A stretch of 64,000 nt of DNA from Tubulanus polymorphus. Lineage: Eukaryota > Animalia > Nemertea. Both the position numbers and the translations under genes were made by a program. This document shows, piece by piece, positions 52,428-64,000 of the stretch (position 1 is the first letter of the stretch; every line of letters starts with the position of its first letter). Where the stretch lies: NCBI RefSeq assembly GCF_964204645.1, contig NC_134029.1, positions 434,001 through 498,000 on the forward strand, read 5' to 3'. The notes below the pieces were generated by a model. The model was given only the letters and a program-made list of their open reading frames with translations, was not told the origin of the DNA and did no database searches.

Positions 52428-53835
52428 AAAACTAAAATGGTGGCGTCGAACATTAGTGACCAAAAATTACAGCGTGTTGTATATGTGAACTAGTTTTTGG
52501 AACACTCTGTATCGCGAATTGTATTGACACATCTCTTTTTTCCTGACTTGTAAATAGTAGAATCGATAAATCAGAAAATCATGATAGAAATCAATAGTTC
52601 GTCTTTAAAACAGTTTAACATTTAATATACAACCGACACAAATAAATAAAAATTCCACTCAGAAATATTTCTTCAACTCTATCTCTTTCTTCATAACTAT
52701 ATATAATCTATTCTAAACTATAGCTGCAGTGATTTGTACTGTTGTCTTATATTCCTGTTTTAGTATCCTCGACGATTGTAGATAAAGAGACCCCTGGCGG
52801 ACGAAGCTGTAACTATGATAACGGTGATTATGATGATGAAATAAAAATGTTTGTTGTGAAGGATTTTTGTCCGGTTTTGTTCTTGTTGTTTCACTGATCT
52901 GGTTAAATAGAGATTCGTATGCGGACGAAAGAAACGCACGCCGAATGAGTGACGTCATCTTCTGGAACAACTCCGACCCTATAATTTACTGATAGTCAAT
53001 ATGCACGATCGTTCCATTCTAGATACATACATTCCTCCGTCCCCGGTTGGAAAATAAAATTTCAAAATCTCCAAATATGTTCTCCAGATATGAATCTGAA
53101 TTCTGCAAATACGAACATACATACGTGACTTCTAATTTGATTCTACCCCCAGTAGGTCACGGAAAACGCCCAGAATAAGAGTCAGTGAACTATTTCAAAA
53201 TCTGTATGATTTAGAATTATATTCGAATATATTGTTTGTTCTATATAACATGTTATTATGACACTTGTCATAAATTCCACAGTCGTTTTCCAAGTACTTC
53301 ACTTTACAATATCTATGTCAACAAGAATCTGCCACCATCAAAAACGTCACAACAGTCTCAAGATGTTTTATAGGAAGTTAGGTAATTCATAACAAATATA
53401 GATATCTTATTATTGCGCTTCAAAAAACGAATTGAAAACTCAAACGGGATCCCGCGAGGTAGGATTACGAATAGACAGGGACAGGCAGGGAAAGGTTTTA
53501 TATATTGATATCAACTTTAACCTGGATGCTTCTTCAATTCATTCTAAATTGAGCCTTTCTATAAAGCCGTAAACTATTATTTCCTTCGATTAAAAATAGA
53601 TGATTCATGATTGACAATTGACAGCACAAAAAATCTACAGAAAATGGTTTAATATTAAGCGGTTGTGTTAGATGTGTAGATTTAGGTATCTTATTACAAT
53701 TCTATGACATACCGCGGGTTCTTGTATTCATTTCATTATATTCACAGTAAAGTTTGCGCAGTAACTCGAGGATAACGACGTCTTGAATCCCTCGTCCTTT
53801 CCAGCGCCACGGTGGAATTAAACAACAAGGCAGAT

Positions 53836-56800
53836 ATGGAAAAGGTTTGAGATTTTACATGATCATTATATCAGCTATCTAAATCATTTACGATGGTTTC
53901 CATAGGCGAGTGAGTGAAAAGTGGACTTTTTCTACAATCTGTCTCAGTATTATGTCGGTTTTCTTCATTTAGATTACAGAAATCACAGCCTATGGAAATC
54001 AACATGGCACCCACGAATTTCGTCTTCTTTTACAATTTTTCAGATGTAAATGTGTTTTTATTATATTTGGCAAACTTTCCGAGAATTGTGATAATCGTGT
54101 GATACGTATAAAGTATAGGTCTATCTAAATCATTAGTCTGCATGCAATCAACCGGATTTTCTGTATAGATTTGCATTGTTTGATTAGTTAAATCACATTC
54201 TCAGCTTAAAGACACTTTTATTTCGTTATCGTTATTAAGATGAGTTCAAGAAGCCGTTTTACAGTTTTGAGGCACAACTTTTTGGAAATTTGTCTCCGTT
54301 ACGTTTCCAATTTATCTTTTTGGACCACCTGGAAACTGTAAAAAGATATAAAACCTTTTTTGAGATGAAAATAAATTACTATTAAGAAGGTTTATTTCAA
54401 GTGGTTTTAGAAGTTTTTGACTCATTTCTATTTACTGAAAGCGGACAGTGTATTGTAGTATGTAGTGTATATTCACGTATTCAATGTCCCGCGGCTATTA
54501 CACATTTTATCACGATCTACACCGAATCAAATATCTATATAACTAAATGCCGATTTAATATTCATTAATCGTGAATTCTTTTCTTGCACCACTGGAAACA
54601 TTAGAAGCTCTTTCCGTAAAATTGTCCGCAAACATTTTTATAATGATTGTACTTCCTGTGAATTTCGTCCGCGAGTATTTTCAAATCAATTCTGTAATTT
54701 CTTCAAATGTTATATTCCACCAGGTGGAGTCTGGGTCGTCTGTGTCCGATAAACCGGACGGCAGTAAAAAGGAAGTAAAACGCGGGAACTGGACTGGAAA
54801 GTTGGACTTTCTTCTGTCAACGATTGGTTACGCGGTCGGTTTAGGGAATGTTTGGAGGTTTCCATTTTTAGCGTACAGAAATGGCGGCGGTGAATTCAAT
54901 GAATATTTATTAAAAAAAACATCATTTATAAAATGATGATGATGATGATAAATTAATATTGATAATATTTCTGTTTAGGTGCGTTTTTGATCCCGTACGT
55001 GATCATGTTAGCTTTTACTGGTATTCCACTGTTTTTCCTAGAACTGGCTTTGGGTCAGTTCGCATCTGAGGGTCCGATAACAGTGTGGAAATTAGCTCCA
55101 CTCTTTAAAGGTACTTCATCAATCTACATATAATCATTTCAAATTTTCACCGATTTTTGTAGTGAAGCATGATTTAGATGCAGAGATGCTGAGTCAAATT
55201 TACTTGGAAGATTTATCAATATACGTCGAATTGGTATTGTTAAATGATAGAAGCTTTTTAGTTGGAAGGGCATCGAAAAATTCACTATTCACAAATCTTA
55301 GATTAGAAATTGAATTCATTATTGAAACTTGTTTTTTCATTCTGAGTATGACAATGAATTTGTTTCTGCAGGGATAGGTTGGGCGATGGTTGTCGTAAGT
55401 GGATTAGTCGGTATTTACTACAATGTTATTATAGCTTGGACAATCTTCTATTTCGTGGCTTCGTTAACGTCTAAATTACCGTGGATGGATTGTCAGAATC
55501 CCTGGAATACACCGGCCTGTAAGGAAGCGGGAAGTATGTAGCAAAGAATAGTAATCTGAATCACTCTTCGTCTGGACCCAGATTCACAGTCGTGATGTCT
55601 GTGGTCTCAAATCTTCCTCTAAAGTTGTAGTAGAGTGGCTATATTTTTAAAACGCTGTGTAGAATTAAACCCAACCATAAAACGAATAAACTTTTTGCCC
55701 CCCTTGGGAGTAATTACTTAATGGTGGCATCTAGATACCGAAAAAAGAAATGGAGAGAGACATGGGCCCCATATGTTGTCACCACGTCGATTTCCGCTCA
55801 AATCCAACGACCTTGCCCAAACATGAACCATCACCCAGCTGCGATGGCCGAGTGGTTAAGGCGTTGGACTTGAAATCCAATGGGATCTTCCCGCGTAGGT
55901 TCGAACCCTACTCGCAGCGAATATAATATTTTGTTCCGACCTCCTTTGAGTGGACTTGATTCAAAATGTTAAATTCAATTGACGATTTTGAAAACACTAG
56001 ATATTTTTATTTCAGAGCCGTATTGTAACATAACGGCGAATATAACAGTTAACTGTACAAACGCGATCGGGTCTCAATCTCCCAGCGAGCAGTATTGGGA
56101 GTAAGTTTAAATTCTTTGTCTCTTCAGGGGTTACATTGAAACACTGTCTACAGTTTCATCAATGTTACATTGAGAATGAATTATTCTTAATTCTAGAATC
56201 AAATTTTACTAAAATTTGTGGAACTGATTCCTTAGAATTTGAATGCACTATCTTCGTCAATGTTACGTGACCGCGTTTGGGCTAAAATAGTCTCTTTCTT
56301 TAGGCGACACGTATTAGGATTAACGGATGGATTAGAGAATATGGGGATTATCCGCTGGAAACTGGCATTGTGTTTGTTAGGTGCATGGGTTGTAATATTC
56401 CTCTGCCTCATTAAAGGAGTCAAATCCTCGGGAAAGGTAAAACTTCAGACCCATTTACACAGTTAACTTCGGATTCATAAGAAAATCTTGAAATAGATCT
56501 TGAATAGATCTTGAAATTCCTAGAATAAATTGTATTTTATTCTGTAGGTTGTATATTTCACTGCTACATTTCCGTACATTGTATTGGTAATACTGTTGGT
56601 GAGAGGAGTCACTTTACCCGGCGCTAAAAAAGGAATAATGTTTTACGTGACTCCCGATTTTAACAAACTCAAAGATTCAAAGGTATCTTTCATTCCAAAA
56701 TCAAGCCAATCTTGTAAATACACTGAATTAAATTTATTCGCAAAACATCATGGATTTTTAATGGATCTCCTTGTTTATTACGTATAGGTTTGGGCTGATG

Positions 56801-59279
56801 CAGCTACTCAGATATTCTATTCACTAGGTGTCGGGTTCGGAGGTTTAGAAGTCATGTCCAGTTACAACAAATTCAAAAATAACTGTTACAGGTATTGACT
56901 GATACTCATAACAAACACGTATACATTGTCTATCCTATATTGTAGATTGTATGCCTTATATTGTATATTGTATGTCGTATATTATGTATTGTATATCTTA
57001 TATTGTATATTGTAGGGATGCATTGTTAGTATCAATAATTAATTGTATGACCAGTGTATTTGCCGGGTTTGTTATATTTTCTGTAATGGGTTTCATGTCT
57101 GAAAAGATGGCTGTTCCTGTTGCGCAAGTCGCTAAAAGTGGTAAATAGTATATATCACAATTATCGATTCAATATTTCTAATTTGCATAAATTTGCATTG
57201 GTTTGCATAAATTAACTGTTCATGGTTCGTATAAATGTGTATGTTTGTTGTTTAGGACCCGGATTAGCGTTTGTCGCGTATCCTGAAGGCATCGCTCAGA
57301 TGCCAATTGCTCCACTTTGGTCAGTTCTGTTTTTTCTGATGTTGTTTACGCTCGGTTTGGATAGTCAGGTATTCCATCAATCAATATTCTAAACTTTAAT
57401 TGTTCAATTAACCGATGAAATGTGTTTGTGTTGTGTTTTATAGTTTGCTATGATGGAGACTGTTATCAGCGCCATCTCTGATGAGTTTCTCGTATTAAGG
57501 AAATATAAGATGCTATTTACTGGTTTTCTCTGTGTCCTGTTGTTCCTCCTCGGGCTCCCATGCGTTATGGACGTACGTTTACAACTATAAGTATGGAATG
57601 TTTTCCGGGGTGATGTGGAATGTATTTCAGGGTGGAATGTATTTCAGGGTGTAATGTGTAATGTATTTCAGGGTGTAATGTAGAATGTATTTCAGGGTGG
57701 AATGTGGAATGTATTTCAGGGTGTAATGTAGAATGTATTTCAGGGTGTAATGTAGAATGTATTTCAGGGTGTAATGTATTTCAGGGTGGAATGTTTATGT
57801 AATTCAGGGTGGAATGTTTATGTATTTCAGGGTGGAATGTTTATGTATTTCAGGGTGGAATGTATTTCAGGGTGGAATGTTTATGTATTTCAGGGTGGAA
57901 TGTTTATGTATTTCAGGGTGGAATGTTTATGTATTTCAGGGTGGAATGTATTTCAGGGTGGAATGTTTATGTATTTCAGGGTGGAATGTATTTCAGGGTG
58001 GAATGTTTATGTAATTCAGGGTGGAATGTTTATGTATTTCAGGGTGGAATGTTTATGTATTTCAGGGTGGAATGTATTTCAGGGTGGAATGTTTATGTAA
58101 TTCAGGGTGGAATGTTTATGTATTTCAGGGTGGAATGTTTATGTATTTCAGGGTGGAATGTACATATTCAATTTGATCGACTCATACAGTGGTGGATACT
58201 CATTAATGGTTATTGCGCTCGTTGAAGTAATCGTCATATCATGGATTTACGGTACGAGAAACACGTATCGTCCTGGGTTCGAATCCAGACATATAAATCA
58301 TAAAATAAAAACTCATACATTTCAGGTTATAAGAAATTTGCCGCAGATATCAAAATGATGATTGGATTCACACCGAATATTTACTGGAGAATCACCTGGC
58401 AGTTTTTGACTCCAGCTATTATTGTCGTCAGTATCGAAAAAGTCCTGGCCTCATAAAACACCTTATGACAGTGCAATACAATAAAATACAAAATAATTTT
58501 ACAATATAAACATTCATAAATCAATAAAGTACAGACAGGTAAGTGCGTGCATGAAAATACGCGCCACCAACTCGTGATGTCATAGGGAGTTTTATGGAGG
58601 CATCCATCTTTTTTATCCAGCAGCAAAAAAAATACTTTATTCGTGATTTCAGTTTATACTGGTGTTTTCTGCAATAAAAGCGACACCGTTAAGTTTGGGT
58701 AGTTACCTATACCCATGCTGGGCTCAGATGTTGGGTATCACTATGGTGTTTGCATCAATTGTGTTTATACCGCTAATGATGGGAATCGAGACGTGTAAAC
58801 ATTTCGGCTGCAAAAAGGTAATTTTCAGACGAAACAAATATAATCAAAATAGCCGCAAAGCAGCGATAACGGGTTTCGGCCCTTTTGGTTGAACATTCCG
58901 TACCATGAAGCCAATGAAGTTATCAGTTCATTAAAATGCAGCTATCATGCAGGGAATGCCATCAGGGGGGTCGGAAACGCCCTATACATTAAATCAATAT
59001 GGGGTACTAACTATAAAAAAAACTTATCAAAATAGAATTACCTTTGTATTCAAATTGATGATCGTTGTATTTTTTCAGACATTGAAAATCATGGTGAGTC
59101 CGACTCCAGATTGGGGACCGGCTGAACCGGAATACAGAACCGGAAAATACGCCATCGATCGCCAGAGGTCACGTGATCCGATACCAGCAAAATCTAACGA
59201 TATACAACTGCAAAAACGGCCGTCAGACGGCGCTACTAACCAAGGCTATGTACCCGATGGCGATTTTGCTCACTTTTGA
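53836..59279 (+). CDS. SLC6 sodium:neurotransmitter symporter, amino-acid clade (proline/glycine transporter-like); 15 coding exons, about 619 aa
   Basis: Exons 53836-53844 (MEK, least certain), 54724-54889, 54979-55110, 55372-55533, 56016-56100, 56304-56436, 56548-56682, 56788-56891, 57016-57140, 57256-57368, 57444-57572, 58152-58251, 58326-58426, 58653-58817 and 59079-59279. Motifs [40 protein letters not shown] (as in SLC6A7/PROT), [11 protein letters not shown] and LGLDSQF. AATAAA at 59808. Confidence 0.93.
55838..55919 (+). tRNA. tRNA-Ser(TGA), inside an SLC6 intron
   Basis: 82-nt GCTGCGATGGCCGAGTGGTTAAGGCGTTGGACTTGAAATCCAATGGGATCTTCCCGCGTAGGTTCGAACCCTACTCGCAGCG. Perfect acceptor stem, anticodon TGA at 55871-55873, long variable arm, T-run terminator at 55929. 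Confidence 0.97.
57620..58161 (+). repeat. 17/23/24-bp tandem array made of the SLC6 3' splice site (25 copies of ttcag|gg)
   Basis: Unit atgtatttcagggtgga(atgttt). The last copy is the acceptor of the exon starting at 58152. Confidence 0.93.
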
Positions 59280-62047
59280 TTCATTTGTTGAAGAAATATA
59301 TCAATTAGCTAAACATGTAAATAGCTCGACCCGCAGCGACTCATTGCTAAGTAAAGACCAGTCAAAGACCATTTCATTGAACACATGAAGTTGCTTATAG
59401 CAATCTATCAAAAGTTTTGACTAACATTTTCGTTAAACTGGATCCAGGTGGTATTTATTACGCTAGTTTCTTATGGCCTTCACCGATATCTGATTGCAAT
59501 CAGTCAGTTAGGTAATGCTATTGTAATTGTACTGTATTTATATCGAAAATTAGTTATATCAACCCATATATCTGTATTGTATATCATAACCACCTGTAAA
59601 CTCAACCCACAGGGATTATCTCCAGGATTCTGCTTATGTTTGAAAATTCCATGATGTTCTTCATCACCAATCAAGAGAAACAGCATAACATCTTAAAGAT
59701 CAATTTACGCTCATTTTGGTTCTATAACTAATCTAAACAACCCGGTACAGCTGTGAGAACATATAAATTGAAAAATTTCAGACGTCCGAATGAATTCTGT
59801 TTATTACAATAAAACTATTGTTTGAAAACGTGTTTATTTTACTTGATTTGTTTTCTCGTTCCTGTGCGAGTGACCCGTGGTCGAGTTGAGAGGACCAATA
59901 AACCACTGACACCGCCCGCATTCAGCCGTGTGAAATAAAACCAGGAATTCTTAATAAATTCATTTGAATACATTGAGAGATTCTTGTAGGTTTACGACTC
60001 AAAGCAAATATTCCTGATCATAAAAATATTTATTAATCGTGACTGCGAATAATACACGAAATTTCCTGATTAATTTTTATTGTGTTTGTTAGAAGGTGTA
60101 AAACTCGGGGGAGGGGGGGAACTAGTGAGAGGGGGGTGGGGAGGGGGAGAGAGTACTTGTGTTTTATTGGTTAACACTATACACCATTAGATACTATTTG
60201 ATCAAGTTATTTCTGATAGAGTTTGAAGACACGAATAGAGTTGCGTCGAAGACCTCAATCATATTACACACAGTCTGTTGACATAGTATTTATATTGAGC
60301 ACTGTGTTATATTACTGATATATCAGAGAGCTTCGATACCAGGCACCATGTCCGGTATTATACTTGGATTCGGATTATCTTTGTTTTTTTCTTCCTGATG
60401 GCGGCTTAAAAAGAGATGGTTCGATAAAAACCCGTAGCAGTAGTAAGAGGGAGTGAGAGAGAGAGAGAGAGGGAGAGTGGCGAGAGTAATCTGAAAGAGC
60501 GAGGAGGTGTCACCGTCGGTCACGCGAAGAACACACTTTAAGCACTCTTCCGTATTTATACGACATTTGACAACGGAAAGTGAGGAATTTTAATGAGGAA
60601 TTTTCTGCGCTGTCAGAGAAATATTTTCTTTTTGACAGATTAACATTTTTTTACACTTGACGCGTGGCGCGCGTATGCAGACGAACGATTCAATAGTCGC
60701 GTGCCAGAGGCTGCAGTTCGAGGTCGTTTTCAAACTGAAAATATCGCATTGAAAATAAATGTTAATCCGTGAATAAGATTGATATCGATAATCCGCGATA
60801 TGTCCTGGATTTATGGATTGCTTTCTACGATAATCCGACCGGATGTTTGAAATTCTTATCGGCGACGAATAGAAAACAGATAATTCTGCAGGTAAGAAAA
60901 TTATTTCACATGATTCAATAGAAGCAAGTTTTAGATAGAGCGGATAAATAATAATTCTGCAGGACCAGTTTCCACAGCTTTTGCTAAAGATTTGACTTAT
61001 AACTGTTCATGTTCGATGTTTTGTTCCAAAATCAACTGAACAAAGTATAACCAGGTCCTGGACCCAGTTTCATGAAACTCATAAACTCCTTAATTGATAT
61101 AATTAAGAGATTTAGAATGCATGAAGGAATTAAATCGATTATCACATGTTGACTGTAGTTGACTAGAGTCACAACATAAAATATCATGCAAAAATTAACT
61201 TTTAGATGGAAACGTCAGAAATCAAGAAATATACCTTGCATGAAAAACTGCAAACAAAGTATGAAGATATAATTGAAAGTTGATAATGGTGTTAATGCAG
61301 TACCTGGTGGCTCTGAGTGTTGCGTGTTATACGATATTCGGGGTTGATTCGGTTCAAGAGACTTTCATTGAAATTTCAAAGTCAAGTAGAAATATTCACG
61401 TAATTTCGCCTACACGTACAACGGACCCCGTTTATACCGAACTTACTGTGCCTGTACGTGTGTTTTAAACTGTACTCTGGAATGCGTCATTTTTTTTTCA
61501 TCGAATACTTATTCAATAACGAAAGGCAAAAATAGACTTTGAGAAGAGCGGCGTCGGTTTATTAGAGTTTGAATAAATCATCGGTTAAAAATAGCACGCA
61601 CTTATTGACAGATTGATAATCTCAGATTATTTGATGATATATCAGATAATTATTGAGATTAAGCGCGATATTTCAGTGAAGAGTATTATATATAAATCAC
61701 CAGCAGCAGCAGCAGCGGCAGCAGCGGCTCACCCCCTGTTGGTCCCGTTGCGTCGCCTAAGTCTAAATCTACTCTCAATCAATACTGATCTCATCTGTAA
61801 CACGAGTCAATAATCGTTAATACGAATATATTTACAAATCACTCTAATACTGACCACTAGAATTAATCATACCCTTAACCTCTCTCTCCCTCTCCCTGTC
61901 ACAGACACGACTAAAAACCTCATAGTTTTCACTTGTCTACTGTTTTCCGGTCAATACGAGATTTACAACATGTTCTACTGATACGATTTCCTGACCCAGT
62001 TCTAACGAGTGTTTTCCTACAAATTAATGCAGCTCATTCTCGAGAGT

Positions 62048-62380
62048 ATTTCGAGGGGTCGGGCTGTAAGGCCAAGTATACCTGAAGGGGGCGGCATTTC
62101 GAGGGGTCGGGCTGTAAGGCCAAGTATACCTGAAGGGGGCGGCATCTCGAGGGGTCGGGCTGTAAGGCCAAGTATACCTGAAGGGGGCGGCATTTCGAGG
62201 GGTCGGGCTGTAAGGCCAAGTATACCTGAAGGGGGCGGCATCTCGAGGGGTCGGACTGTAAGGCCAAGTATACCTGAAGGGGGCGGCATTTCGAGGGGTC
62301 GGGCTGTAAGGCCAAGTATACCTGAAGGGGGCGGCATCTCGAGGGGTCGGGCTGTAAGGCCAAGTATACCTGAAGGGGGC
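62048..62380. repeat. 48-bp minisatellite, 7 copies
   Basis: Unit atttcgaggggtcgggctgtaaggccaagtatacctgaagggggcggc. Confidence 0.95.
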
Positions 62381-62811
62381 CGGGTCGACAGGTTGATGGA
62401 ATTGAAATCATCGCTTCTCCGCCCCTTGTCTAATCTACTGTCGTGATGTATCTTTATCTTTCTACATTTTTTTAAATCAATTATCTACTCACTCTCTTAG
62501 TTATTAATTATTATGTCACTCATAATTTATTTGTAATTACCCTCTCACTCAGTTCTCCGTAATTAGTGTCAGTCTACCTACAAATTCTGTTGTTTTTCTA
62601 TTGACTACACTCATTCACTTGATGAAGCTGCGAGATTCATTAGAAGCGAAAACTTGTTCGACAAATAAATAGTTAACCTATACAAGACTACTCGTCTTGT
62701 TACTTATTTTAAACCTGGTTACAACACGGCTACTCTACGAATACATTTTGTGCGTATGAATCGATAAACAAATACAGGTAAAAATGACAATCGTGTTTAT
62801 TTACACAGTGG

Positions 62812-64000
62812 ATGATGATGACTGTTGTCGCAATTCTGCCGATGGTGGCGCTGGTAGTACTGGTAGCGGCGGATGAATACATTGACGTCACGATAAAACC
62901 TGGGACTATTCGCGGAATCCGCAAAACTCGCAACTATGGATTAAGTAATAAATCATTTCTTATGATTGTATTGACTTCTGAAATAGAATTTTTTATTGTT
63001 TATTTACATCTGGCTTAGAATAACTGAAGCTTTAGTTCAACAGGTGTGAGTTATGAGTTGAACATCCCTGCGCACTAAGAATAAAAAGAGTCCGAAATAT
63101 TTCTGTTTAGACGTTTCAACTATATCCTAATAGTCCTCCGCAGGAATACTGATGTTGTCCTCATTGATGAAACACTTTATGTTCGTGTTGTAAAGATATA
63201 AAATCTGATTTGTTTCGTTTCATAGTTCATGATGAAATCAACTGTGTACAACTAAGGAACTTGTATTTTCAGATAAATTAACCCAGACTATAGATGTATT
63301 CCAAGGAGTTCCATACGCCGAGCCGCCTCTCAATGAGCTGCGATTTATGGTAAATATCGGAACATATAAAACGATACAAAAATATCGGAATAAATTTCGA
63401 ATATTGGAAATTCAAGATGAAAAATATATAAATATTTATGATGAATCTATTTTTCAGAATCCGGTTCCAAAATCGAGTTGGGCACCAGGAATCTGGAATG
63501 CTTCACATTACGGATATCGATGTCCGTCTTTATCTTACCCAGGAAGAGAAAATGATTCACTATCAGACGACAGAAACGAGGATTGTTTATATCTGAATAT
63601 ATATACTCCATACGAGGTATAACCTCCCTTACTACGTGTCATTATACCTCCCTGCCTCCATGTCTTACCCTCACTACCTCCCTACATACTCCCAATAACC
63701 CCTCTACCTCACTACAGGTGTACCACTCCTCCGCAACCCCGCCTCCCAGCGTCGAGCAAGCAGTATCGAAAAACCTTTATGAAACATGTTGAAATATTAA
63801 ATCGATTTTAAAATGCGAATTTCTGAAATTATATCATGATTTTATCTAATGCGAGGTAGAATCCTCATTCAAAGACAACTGAATAAATTGTACTGTTGAA
63901 TCTGATTATGGAATCGTGACATGTACTGTTTCAGAGAAGTCACCCGAACGCTAAATACCCGGTGATACTGTACGTTCACGGTGGATCGTTTTTATTTGAT
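62812..64000 (+). CDS. Type-B carboxylesterase/cholinesterase family protein, 5' part (truncated by the window edge)
   Basis: Exons 62812-62944 (signal peptide, GTIRG), 63273-63349 (FQGVPYAEPPLNELRF), 63458-63616 (EDCLYLNIYTP signature) and 63935 to the edge (YPVILYVHGGSF oxyanion motif). Probable 5'UTR exon ending at donor CAG|GTAAGA at 60891. Confidence 0.9.

Noticed and set aside
52146-52488. Overlapping ORFs 52159..52488 (+) and 52146..52463 (-) as dual coding
   Set aside because: Likely shadows of the GC-rich BRICHOS last exon; only the 52002 frame connects to upstream exons.
55518-55524. Competing donor T|GTAAGG in SLC6 exon 4 that would create TAG at the junction
   Set aside because: The GT lies in the codon of the conserved EL2 cysteine, so coincidence is sufficient; the donor at 55534 keeps the frame.
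60323-60560. Divergent minus-strand gene from a TATA-like motif at about 60554-60560
   Set aside because: The ORF is low-complexity with a GTG start and no supported exon chain; could be a lncRNA but this cannot be supported from sequence alone.

Overview
AT-rich, intron-rich animal genomic DNA, not prokaryotic. The GPCR type and the BRICHOS precursor suggest a lophotrochozoan invertebrate such as an annelid or nemertean, but the species cannot be determined from this window. Gene models below were built by hand from GT-AG splice sites with phase checks. In order: (1) a probable first coding exon of a minus-strand gene running off the left edge; (2) an ARL14EP-like gene (3 exons); (3) an LRRC74-like LRR plus EF-hand gene (12 coding exons); (4) an orphan 206-aa secreted protein with 12 Cys (minus strand); (5) three tandem, intronless rhodopsin-class chemoreceptor-like GPCRs; (6) an isolated ionotropic-glutamate-receptor S2 exon; (7) a 4-exon secreted BRICHOS-domain precursor carrying an Arg/Trp/Cys-rich cationic peptide after a KR site, largely invisible in the ORF track and the best candidate for a new antimicrobial-peptide system; (8) a 15-exon SLC6 (proline/glycine-transporter-like) gene with an intronic tRNA-Ser(TGA) and one intron made of 25 tandem copies of its own 3' splice site; (9) the 5' part of a type-B carboxylesterase gene. 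Intergenic and intronic DNA is dense in minisatellites, microsatellites, MITEs, tRNA-derived repeats and decayed Penelope-type hammerhead motifs.
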